A stretch of DNA of 64,000 bases. Origin: a bacterium (GTDB taxonomy: Bacteria; Patescibacteriota; Minisyncoccia; JACQLN01). Location of the stretch: assembly GCA_030697795.1 (NCBI GenBank), contig JAUYOV010000001.1, positions 24,486-88,485 of the forward strand, in the 5' to 3' direction. Every line of letters starts with the position of its first letter. Positions within the stretch are counted from its first letter, which is position 1. Made by a program: the position numbers and the translations under genes. The notes beneath the pieces are model-generated. The model worked only from the letters and a program-made list of their open reading frames with translations. It had not been told where the DNA came from and ran no database searches. Shown piece by piece: positions 1 through 7,827 of the stretch.

Positions 1-210
1 GCCTCGATAATTTTTATTTACTAAACCAGCAGTGCAAAGTCTTCTGGTGTGTTCGCCTAAAGTTTTTTCGTTGGCTTCTAAAGCGTCTACTATAAACTGA
101 AGCGTTATGTTTCCGTGTTCTGCAATAAGCAAAAGAATTTCTATGCGATAGTGATTCGCCATTCCCTTAAGATGCCTCTCCATTTGTTTGGCAGTCTTAT
201 TTTTAGTCAT
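1..210 (-). CDS. winged-helix (ArsR/SmtB-like) transcriptional regulator, C-terminus beyond window start
   Basis: Reverse-strand ATG at 210..208; translation MTKNKTAKQMERHLKGMANHYRIEILLLIAEHGNITLQFIVDALEANEKTLGEHTRRLCTAGLV has the ArsR-type HTH pattern; partial, so absent from the ORF track. Confidence 0.55.
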   Translation of the reverse strand, partial: MTKNKTAKQMERHLKGMANHYRIEILLLIAEHGNITLQFIVDALEANEKTLGEHTRRLCTAGLVNKNYRG

Positions 211-230
211 ATCATAGAATATAAATAGAT

Positions 231-812
231 TTAGAAAATATTCCCAACTCTTTCTTTTGCGTCTAATTCTTTAATCCTTTCGTTAAGATAATTATTATCT
301 ATTTGATAGATGTTTAAAAAGTTATGAATGTCCTCTATATCTTTTTTACCTTCTTCTGGCCCACGTTGCAATAAGGCTTTTATAAGCAAAACATCTTCTG
401 GAGGTAATAAATACAGATTAACCCCTTTATATTCAAACTGAATTCTTTTTTGCTTAATATTTTCAGTAATGCCAAATTTATAGTGCTTATCAAGATTAAA
501 TTCTAAATGGCTAGTAAATTGTATAGAATGATTTCCTTCGGGATTAGAGTTTCTAACCGGTCCAGCTTTCGATGTGTGTGTATACGATTCTATGTTAAAC
601 AACTGGTCAACAATGTCGTGTTCGCCGTTTGGTAAAAAAATATCTACATCATCCGGAATTCTTTTGTTACCCAGCAAGAAAAGGCAGCCACTACCGCCTA
701 TCATCCAATTTATAGAAGCCTTATTTAATTTTTCCGCAACAGAAACCAACATCGGAAACCTAAGCATAGATTCTTCTAGCTTTTTAATATCCATATTTAA
801 ATTATACAGCAC
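231..812 (-). CDS. Pol-beta-superfamily nucleotidyltransferase domain protein
   Basis: GGSGCLFLLG...DDVDIF matches the GS-x(9-13)-DxD nucleotidyltransferase signature; 193 aa; lies immediately upstream of the wHTH gene on the same strand. Confidence 0.5.
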   Translation of the reverse strand: MLYNLNMDIKKLEESMLRFPMLVSVAEKLNKASINWMIGGSGCLFLLGNKRIPDDVDIFLPNGEHDIVDQLFNIESYTHTSKAGPVRNSNPEGNHSIQFTSHLEFNLDKHYKFGITENIKQKRIQFEYKGVNLYLLPPEDVLLIKALLQRGPEEGKKDIEDIHNFLNIYQIDNNYLNERIKELDAKERVGNIF

Positions 813-870
813 ACCCTTATAATCTCAAGTTTGTCAGGGTATGTTTATTGTGTTGAAACGATAGCTTGGA

Positions 871-980
871 TTATATTAAACCATAGTCTCAAGTATGTTG
901 GGGTGTCATAAGTTAGCCTGCCCAGAATAAAAACTAAACTCCCTGCTTCTTTAAACGGACTGAATGGAAAATTAGACATG
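871..980. repeat. dispersed intergenic repeat, degenerate module A plus module B (copy 1)
   Basis: Module B (cccagaataaaaactaaactccctgcttctttaaacggactgaatggaaaattagacatg) is near-identical to 1665..1727; a degraded module A precedes it. Confidence 0.6.
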
Positions 981-1060
981 AATTTAATTCTCAGAAGGGC
1001 AACCCTTCGTTCTTTGTTTTTATATTGATATAATAAACCTATATTAAGCACCCGTCTATT

Positions 1061-1450
1061 ATGAATAAAAGATTTAACGAATGGATTAACTTAAAAGAAT
1101 CTTTAGACAAACAAAGTAACCGTCCGCCGCTTGTTTCAAAAGGAGATATTTGGTGGGTAAGTGTTGGAGAAAATGTTGGATCGGAAATCAGTGGTAAAGA
1201 TACTTTATTTTCACGTCCGGCAATTGTTCTTAAAAAACTTGCTCATGGTTTTTATTTTGTAATTCCAACAACAACTAGACCAAGAAAAGGAACTTGGTAT
1301 GTGGATTTTAAACATCAATCTATAGATATGGTCGCTTGTCTCCATCAAGCGCGTGCAATTGATTATCGCAGGTTATCTTCTAAGCTTGGAACGCTTGATG
1401 ACGAAGATTTCGCTAGAGTCAGAAAAGGATTCCAAGAACTCTATATATAA
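1061..1450 (+). CDS. mazF: MazF/PemK-family endoribonuclease toxin
   Basis: GDIWWVSVGENVGSEISGKDTLFSRPAIVL matches the PemK/MazF N-terminal signature; 129 aa; a hairpin terminator follows at 1455..1485; no adjacent antitoxin ORF. Confidence 0.7.
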   Translation: MNKRFNEWINLKESLDKQSNRPPLVSKGDIWWVSVGENVGSEISGKDTLFSRPAIVLKKLAHGFYFVIPTTTRPRKGTWYVDFKHQSIDMVACLHQARAIDYRRLSSKLGTLDDEDFARVRKGFQELYI

Positions 1451-1581
1451 ACGAATTCCCCGCCTTTTGAGGGGCGGGGCCGCGGGAAAATCCCGAATAT
1501 AATACGAGTATATTACCAATCACTCCTACTGTCAATTGTTCCCTTATTTTGCGATAGGGTCGGGCCGAAGCCATTGTTAAT

Positions 1582-1727
1582 ATATATTAAACCACAATAT
1601 TAACATACTGACATACTTGAGATTGTTGGTATGTTGTTAACCTAGGATCGAGCTGAGGTTAGTGCCCAGAAATAAAAATCAAATTCCCCCTGCTTCTTTA
1701 AACGGACTGAATGGGAAGTTAGACATG
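1582..1727. repeat. dispersed intergenic repeat, module A (hairpin, 13-bp stem) plus module B (copy 2)
   Basis: Module A aacatactgacatacttgagattgttggtatgtt recurs at 5783..5836 and in-frame at 19881..19917; module B recurs at 921..980. Confidence 0.65.
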
Positions 1728-1733
1728 GAAGAT

Positions 1734-1934
1734 TTATAAAGAATCTTTTTTAATTTTATCTTTTATCAAGCCCTCTTTTTGTTCTTTTGTTAATAATCCC
1801 CTTGCTTCATCTAATAAGTTTTTGCAAAACTCCCAGTCTTTTTTTAGCTTTGTTATTTCTTTGTTTCTTTCTTTAATTTCGATCAACGCCACTACACTTA
1901 TAAGAATAATAGAAATTAGTAATGATATTGTCAT
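1734..1934 (-). CDS. small single-TM hypothetical protein
   Basis: 66-aa ORF with a hydrophobic N-terminus; last gene of the minus-strand operon 4464->1734. Confidence 0.3.
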   Translation of the reverse strand: MTISLLISIILISVVALIEIKERNKEITKLKKDWEFCKNLLDEARGLLTKEQKEGLIKDKIKKDSL

Positions 1935-2036
1935 AAGGTTATTTGTCTAATGGCATATTAATAAATTGATCCCGAAGGGTTACTATTCGTTTTTTATTTT
2001 TTACAGTTTACTGGTTGAAATTGATGGGGCATAAAA

Positions 2037-2984
2037 TTATTTTTCTAATTTTTGTATGTATTTTGGAAATATTTGTTTAAATATATCCATTTGACCGATT
2101 GCCCATCGAATAAGCTCATTGATTTGGTTATCTGTCATTTTCTTAATATTTGAAGGCATTTTTTTATAAACCACTATTCTTGATGCTCGTTTTTCTGATA
2201 ATTCTTCCCAATTCAAATCAGAAAATTTTATATCTATTTCTGTTTGATATTTTTTCAATACTTGGAAATAGGCTTTTACTTCTTCCTTGTCCCCCGTATC
2301 AATATAAAGTTCGGTATCAAAACGATTATCTCCTCGAAATGCCCAGGCAAATTTAAATCCTGTTTTTCCAGCTCCAAATGCGATCCAACTTGAAGGACGT
2401 GCAGTTAGGTGTCCCCATTCTGGTTTTACTTTTTCATATTCAGAGACAAGACGAGTAAAAAATTGTAAATACTTTTGATGTCTCTCATCAATCTGCTCTG
2501 TGGCTTTTTTTACTTCCTTACCCCACGTATTCGGTTCAACCACCGATTTAAAACTTAAAGCCGGATTACTTTCATCTATAGTAATTGCAGAAACCTCAAC
2601 TCCAAAAAAAGACACATCGCTTGCGTTTTCGTTTAACCACTCAAGAGCTTTTTGATGCTCCTCTCGTATTTTTTCTGATACCCATACCACATATCTCGCG
2701 CCTACACCTGAAGCGTATGTGATAATTTTTCCAAGATGATCATGATTAGTTTGGTTAAATTGATTTTCAATAATTACTTTATCTTCAGAATTTGCCTCTT
2801 TCCCTATAAGATCGCAGTTAAAATCTCCAATTCTCTCTTCTCTTTTGACGTCTATAATTTCAACTCCAATTGCTTCAGATAACTGGTCAATATTGCTTTC
2901 GAGCCATGGAGTAAAATCTGACGCTTCACCAGGGAAAACATCTCTCAAATCTACTTTTTTAATTTTGCCTAGATTTTTTTTCAT
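2037..2984 (-). CDS. DUF4268-type protein with N-terminal PD-(D/E)xK/NucS-like nuclease domain
   Basis: N-terminus VDLRDVFPGEASDFTPWLESNIDQL is the hallmark start of DUF4268-family proteins; 315 aa. Confidence 0.5.
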   Translation of the reverse strand: MKKNLGKIKKVDLRDVFPGEASDFTPWLESNIDQLSEAIGVEIIDVKREERIGDFNCDLIGKEANSEDKVIIENQFNQTNHDHLGKIITYASGVGARYVVWVSEKIREEHQKALEWLNENASDVSFFGVEVSAITIDESNPALSFKSVVEPNTWGKEVKKATEQIDERHQKYLQFFTRLVSEYEKVKPEWGHLTARPSSWIAFGAGKTGFKFAWAFRGDNRFDTELYIDTGDKEEVKAYFQVLKKYQTEIDIKFSDLNWEELSEKRASRIVVYKKMPSNIKKMTDNQINELIRWAIGQMDIFKQIFPKYIQKLEK

Positions 2985-3065
2985 ATTTTTTATTTAATTA
3001 AATCATCAACGCTAACTCCAAATATAAAACCAGCAAGGATTGTTCTTGGTAAAGATTTTTTACTT

Positions 3066-3887
3066 CTAGCGAGTAATAAGAACTATAATCTCCAGCTCTT
3101 TACCACCCATACTAATTTTACTCTCTATGCCTGACTTAAAAGCATATTCGTTATCTATTGCGTGGCTTGGATCAAAAATAACAAATATTATTCTATAGCA
3201 AGAACTCTGATTACCGTATGAAATAATATCCTCTTTGCATTGTTTTTGAATTTCTTTTTCCTTACCTTTATCTGAAATATATTTTGTCTCTATAAAAAGT
3301 CCAAGTTCTTCAATAGTAAAATCAATTGTGCTTGAAGCGGTACCAACTTTTTTATTTGGGTCTTCATATTGTAGAGTAGGAAATGGTCCTTTCAACATGA
3401 CATACAATATATCTTGAATATCATACTCGTCTCTGACTTCTAAGGAATTCTTTCCTTTCCTACGATGCTTAAGACGACTAATCACATCTGACAATCTATT
3501 CAAGATATTTATCACTTGATGGACCGAAGGGAGGGTATTTCCAACTAAAGGGATCCCTGTTTTTATTTTTGTTCTTGCACTCATCGCAAGACCTCGGAGT
3601 TTCAAAATACTTTTTGTTTTTATAGTATTTTGGAAAGACCCAATAAATCCATCAATAAATAAATCCCCATCATGCAGTTTACTTTTTGGATCAAATTCAT
3701 CACTTAAATCTCCAGTAGTGGAAATTCCAAGTTGTTTAAATATTTCTTCTATAATCCCCCAAATATTCTGTATATTACCTAGGTGTTCCTCTATTTCTTC
3801 TATATTTCCTTCGCTCCTTTTTTTCAACCAGTTTGAGATGTTATTGATGAAACTATCAAGGTATTTAATTTGGGATCGTTTATCCAT
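3066..3887 (-). CDS. hypothetical protein, C-terminal half with a possible PD-(D/E)xK-like motif
   Basis: 273 aa; IDFTIEELGLFIETK resembles a D..E.K nuclease core; overlaps the upstream Bro-N gene by 8 nt, implying an operon. Confidence 0.35.
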   Translation of the reverse strand: MDKRSQIKYLDSFINNISNWLKKRSEGNIEEIEEHLGNIQNIWGIIEEIFKQLGISTTGDLSDEFDPKSKLHDGDLFIDGFIGSFQNTIKTKSILKLRGLAMSARTKIKTGIPLVGNTLPSVHQVINILNRLSDVISRLKHRRKGKNSLEVRDEYDIQDILYVMLKGPFPTLQYEDPNKKVGTASSTIDFTIEELGLFIETKYISDKGKEKEIQKQCKEDIISYGNQSSCYRIIFVIFDPSHAIDNEYAFKSGIESKISMGGKELEIIVLITR

Positions 3888-4464
3888 ATATTATTTTATA
3901 ATCTTTTACGCTTCTATCTGCCCAGGCTTTTGTAATCTCGTCGGTTAGTATCGCATATTCTAATCCTTCTTTCATTTCCCGTTCTTGCCATTCATCGGTT
4001 AATTCTTTGCGTACTTCAATACTTTTTAAGCGTTGATTTATCCATTCTTTGCTGTATCCTTTTTGCAAATATGTTTTCATCGCCCTATTAAAAGCTAGTT
4101 CTGGATCTGCTGTTTCTTCTATCCGTTCATAGCCAACCTTAGCCAGCCATAATTTAAAAGGTTCTGCTTTTGGGGAAGGGATTGATTGGACTACACGGAG
4201 CAAATCTTCTGTGGAAAAACAGTCTGTTGCATATTTCTTTCCATCAGAAGCTACAAATTTCAGTTGTACGATTTTCTCGTACACCTCACCGCCTTCATCT
4301 TTCAACTTATTCTTTAAATCACTCCAATATCGTTTCGGAATAGTAGAATCAACTAAGACTCCTATTACATCAATAACAGAGAAATACCAAGTTTCTTTTT
4401 TTTCATTATAAAAACGGCGTACTTGCTTTTGGTTAAATAAGACTATTGAATTTGATTTTTTCAT
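3880..4464 (-). CDS. Bro-N (KilA-N/DinD-like) domain protein
   Basis: WYFSVIDVIGVLVDS...KRYWSDLKNKL...KLWLAKVGYERIEE resembles Bro-N/DinD family proteins common on phages and MGEs; 194 aa. Confidence 0.5.
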   Translation of the reverse strand: MKKSNSIVLFNQKQVRRFYNEKKETWYFSVIDVIGVLVDSTIPKRYWSDLKNKLKDEGGEVYEKIVQLKFVASDGKKYATDCFSTEDLLRVVQSIPSPKAEPFKLWLAKVGYERIEETADPELAFNRAMKTYLQKGYSKEWINQRLKSIEVRKELTDEWQEREMKEGLEYAILTDEITKAWADRSVKDYKIIYG

Positions 4465-4504
4465 AATGTAGTACTTGATTTAAAGTATACCAATCAAAAA
4501 TAGT

Positions 4505-5779
4505 TTAACAACTATTCCCCGCCACATAGCCAGTTGTCCAGCAAAGCTGGAGGCTGTAGCCGCCGGAGGGGCGGTTTATGTTTAATACATCGCCCACCAA
4601 ATAAAGCTGGGGCAATATGCGCGATTGCATCGTTTTAAAATCAACCTCGCTTAATATTACTCCACCACTAGAAACCGCCGCTTTATCTTTGCCTAATAAT
4701 CCATCTACATTTAAAATAACAGCTTTTAAAAGCGAAACAAGTGTTTTGCGTTCGGCTGTTTTTACACTGTGGTTAAATGTCTCGCCGTCTATGACGGAAA
4801 GCATAAGGATAGGTTCTACCATGGCTGGTTTAACCAGCATAGAAAGTGTGTTTTTAATTTTTTTATTGCTTTGTTCGGTTAAAATGGTTTGGAGTTTTTG
4901 TTTTAAAGCAGATTGGTCTAGGTTTGGGAATAAATCGAGTTTTATGGTTACATCCGCTTTTTCGGCGTAATCGGCACCTTCGCCTGTGTTTAAAAGTTCG
5001 CCAACTTCGCTACTCATATTTAAAACAGTTGGCCCGCTTATGCCAACGTGTGTAAACAAAAGTTTGCCTTCTTTTGCAAAACATTTCTCTATTCCTTTAT
5101 ATACAGTCATTTTTACGTTATCCAAAGTTACACCGGCTAATCTTTTTACCCATTCGTCTTTAAGTGTAATTGGTACAAGCGCTACATCGTTTTCTTTTAC
5201 AGTGTGCCCCAAATCTTTAAGCCATTTAAAACCTTCGCCGGTAGAACCTGTTTCTGGGCGAGATGTTCCGCCAGTTGCCACAATGCATTTGTGGGCGTGG
5301 ATTATAGATTTATCGGCAAGGGTTATAGAAAATTGTTTTAAATTTTGATCAAAACTTATTTTTGTAACTGCGGAATTAGTTTTAACTTTTACTCCTGCAT
5401 TTTTTATATATTTAACTAAAACATTTAAAACAGTTTCAGCTTTGTTAGAAACCGGAAACATTCTGCCTTCGTTTTCTTCTTTCATCTGCATACCTTTTTT
5501 ACCAAAAAAAACTATTGTTTCGGTTACGCCAAATTGAGAAAACGCCGAAAACAAAAATTTATCGCTTTCTTTATATTTAGCTAATATTTCGCGGATATTG
5601 GGCTTGTTGTTGGTTACGTTGCACCTGCCACCGCCTGTAATTAAAAGTTTTTTGCCAAGAGTTTGGTTTTTTTCTAACAGTAAAACGCTTTTGTCTTTTT
5701 CGGCAGCTCGCCCAGCCGCCATCATACCAGCCGGCCCTCCGCCGATTACTACTACATCAATTGGTTCATTAGATTTCAT
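4505..5779 (-). CDS. HI0933-family (BaiN-like) NAD(P)/FAD-dependent oxidoreductase
   Basis: VVVIGGGPAGMMAAGRAA dinucleotide fold, GGGRCNVTN motif, C-terminal GYSLQLCWTTG; 424 aa. Confidence 0.8.
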   Translation of the reverse strand: MKSNEPIDVVVIGGGPAGMMAAGRAAEKDKSVLLLEKNQTLGKKLLITGGGRCNVTNNKPNIREILAKYKESDKFLFSAFSQFGVTETIVFFGKKGMQMKEENEGRMFPVSNKAETVLNVLVKYIKNAGVKVKTNSAVTKISFDQNLKQFSITLADKSIIHAHKCIVATGGTSRPETGSTGEGFKWLKDLGHTVKENDVALVPITLKDEWVKRLAGVTLDNVKMTVYKGIEKCFAKEGKLLFTHVGISGPTVLNMSSEVGELLNTGEGADYAEKADVTIKLDLFPNLDQSALKQKLQTILTEQSNKKIKNTLSMLVKPAMVEPILMLSVIDGETFNHSVKTAERKTLVSLLKAVILNVDGLLGKDKAAVSSGGVILSEVDFKTMQSRILPQLYLVGDVLNINRPSGGYSLQLCWTTGYVAGNSC

Positions 5780-5782
5780 TAA

Positions 5783-5836
5783 ATATATTAAACCACAATA
5801 TTAACATACTGACATACTTGAGATTGTTGGTATGTT
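5783..5836. repeat. dispersed intergenic repeat, module A only (copy 3)
   Basis: atatattaaaccacaatattaacatactgacatacttgagattgttggtatgtt fills the gap between the HI0933 gene start and the ABC-F stop. Confidence 0.65.
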
Positions 5837-7289
5837 ATCGTTCTAAATCCAGAACTTCGTCTATGCGTATCTGCGCCACAAATTCTGGAACGTGACTAAC
5901 TAAAACCATCGCGCCTTCGTAATCATTAAGGGCTTTAGCAATTATGGGTAAATGCCTAAAGTTTATGTGGTTGGTAGGTTCGTCTAATATAAGTAAGCCT
6001 GGGCGTTCTAAAACCAAACGGGCAAATGCCACTAAACCTTTTTGCCCTTCGGATAGTGTTCCAATTTTACTGTGCATATGTTCGCGAGTAATTAAAAAAC
6101 CGGCCGCAATAGAACGAAGTTCCTCTTGGCTGGTTTCGTGTGTGGTAACAGCAGAAAGAGATTCGTAAACTGTATCGTTAAAATTAAGTGTAGAAAAATC
6201 TTGGCGGTAGTAGCCTACTTTTACACCACTCGCAATTTTAGCGCCTTTGGCTTTACCCGAAGCTAAACATTCTAGTAACGTACTTTTACCAATTCCGTTT
6301 GGCCCTTTTAAAAGCAGATGCGTTTTCTTTTTTAAAGAAATTTCTACTTTTTTCTCTACAACTTTATGATTAATTATTATACCAAGCGAAGTTATGGCAA
6401 GCGCTTCGCCCACAAAATCGGTTTGGTTAGGAATAGTAAAAGGCCTAATGGTTTTATCTTCTTTACGCACATCTACCATTTCGTCTTCCATTTCGGCAGC
6501 TTTTTCGCGCATACGTTTGGCTAACAAACGTAATTGGCCACCTTTGTTGGCAAAGAAGTTAGATTTGTCTTTGTTTTCTTGAATCTGTTTGGCTAACTGT
6601 GCATTTTTTCGGTTTTCTTTTTCTATGCGGGCAGTAATATCTTTTAAAGCATCGTTGTAGTTACCCACATACCATTCTAATTTTTGGGTATGAAGATCTA
6701 AGTATAAAACACCTTCGGTAAACGAATTTAAAAAATCGGCATCGTGCGAAATAACAATACAGGTTTTTTGATATTCAATTAAAAATTTTGTTAAATGTTC
6801 AATACCTTGTTTGTCTAAATTGTTGGTAGGTTCGTCTAAAAGTAAAAGATCTGGATTTTGAATAAGGGCAAAAGCCAAAAGAAGCCTAGCTTGCTGACCA
6901 CCAGAGAATGTTTTTATAACTTTATCGTGTTTTGCCGTAAGGTTAACTGCTTCTAAAACTGCATCTATTTTTGGGTCGATGTCGTAAACTTTTTTTGGGA
7001 AAGCTTTGGCAAAAAATTCGGTTACGGTTAAATCGAGTTCGTTTCTAGAAATAACTTGGCGTGCGATAGCAATAGAAAGATTAGGCGAAATTATTACACT
7101 GCCACTTTCGGCTTTATATGTGCCAGTAATTAAACCGAAGATTGTGCTTTTACCTGCGCCGTTTTGACCCATTAGCGTTATTTTGGCTCCACGACGCACC
7201 GAAAAAGTCGCCTCGTCTAGAAGGCGCTTACCATAGGAATGTTCGAACGAAACCTCGTCGAACCTTAGTATTACTTCGTCTCGAGCCAT
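5835..7289 (-). CDS. ABC-F family ATPase (two tandem ABC domains, no TM domain)
   Basis: Two Walker A motifs (GQNGAGKST, GPNGIGKST), two LSGGQ-like signatures, two LLLDEPTN Walker B motifs; 484 aa. Confidence 0.85.
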   Translation of the reverse strand: MARDEVILRFDEVSFEHSYGKRLLDEATFSVRRGAKITLMGQNGAGKSTIFGLITGTYKAESGSVIISPNLSIAIARQVISRNELDLTVTEFFAKAFPKKVYDIDPKIDAVLEAVNLTAKHDKVIKTFSGGQQARLLLAFALIQNPDLLLLDEPTNNLDKQGIEHLTKFLIEYQKTCIVISHDADFLNSFTEGVLYLDLHTQKLEWYVGNYNDALKDITARIEKENRKNAQLAKQIQENKDKSNFFANKGGQLRLLAKRMREKAAEMEDEMVDVRKEDKTIRPFTIPNQTDFVGEALAITSLGIIINHKVVEKKVEISLKKKTHLLLKGPNGIGKSTLLECLASGKAKGAKIASGVKVGYYRQDFSTLNFNDTVYESLSAVTTHETSQEELRSIAAGFLITREHMHSKIGTLSEGQKGLVAFARLVLERPGLLILDEPTNHINFRHLPIIAKALNDYEGAMVLVSHVPEFVAQIRIDEVLDLER

Positions 7290-7384
7290 AGTACTTTACA
7301 GAATAGCGTATTTATTACTTAAAAACAAACTCCGCAATTTAAACTTGCGGAGTTTGTTTGGGCTAACTGTAATTTCTTTGTCGA

Positions 7385-7708
7385 TTACTTATCCATTATA
7401 TCTTTCATTGAAGCACTGCTTTCTGTTGCTTTTTCGTTTTCTTTAACATATTTTTCTCCAACAGCTTGCAAATCTTTACCTTTTTCAATTGCGGTTTCAT
7501 CTTTATACTTCATTCCCATTTCTTGCATTACTGTTCCGCTTGTTTTCATCATTTCCGCCATTTTTTGAATACTACCCGATTGTTCTTTCATCATACTGAT
7601 TGAATCTTGCAATTTTTTATCTTGCATACCACCATTAGAACCTCTGATTGTATAACCTATACCACCAGCAACTACGGCAATTATTATAATTATTATTACG
7701 TTTTTCAT
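7385..7708 (-). CDS. small secreted/membrane-anchored Met-rich protein, possible Cu(I)/Ag(I)-binding accessory (CusF-like role)
   Basis: Hydrophobic N-terminus; Met-rich segments MMKEQSGSIQKMAEMMKTSGTVMQEMGM; immediately downstream of the RND pump. Confidence 0.45.
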   Translation of the reverse strand: MKNVIIIIIIAVVAGGIGYTIRGSNGGMQDKKLQDSISMMKEQSGSIQKMAEMMKTSGTVMQEMGMKYKDETAIEKGKDLQAVGEKYVKENEKATESSASMKDIMDK

Positions 7709-7827
7709 TTTATTATTTTTATTTTAATTAATTATTAACTACATTACACGATTACACAAACACAAATATTAACAGGCGGTTCACGCGAAAAATTATTATG
7801 TTTCATTTTGATTTATTTTAAGTTTTA

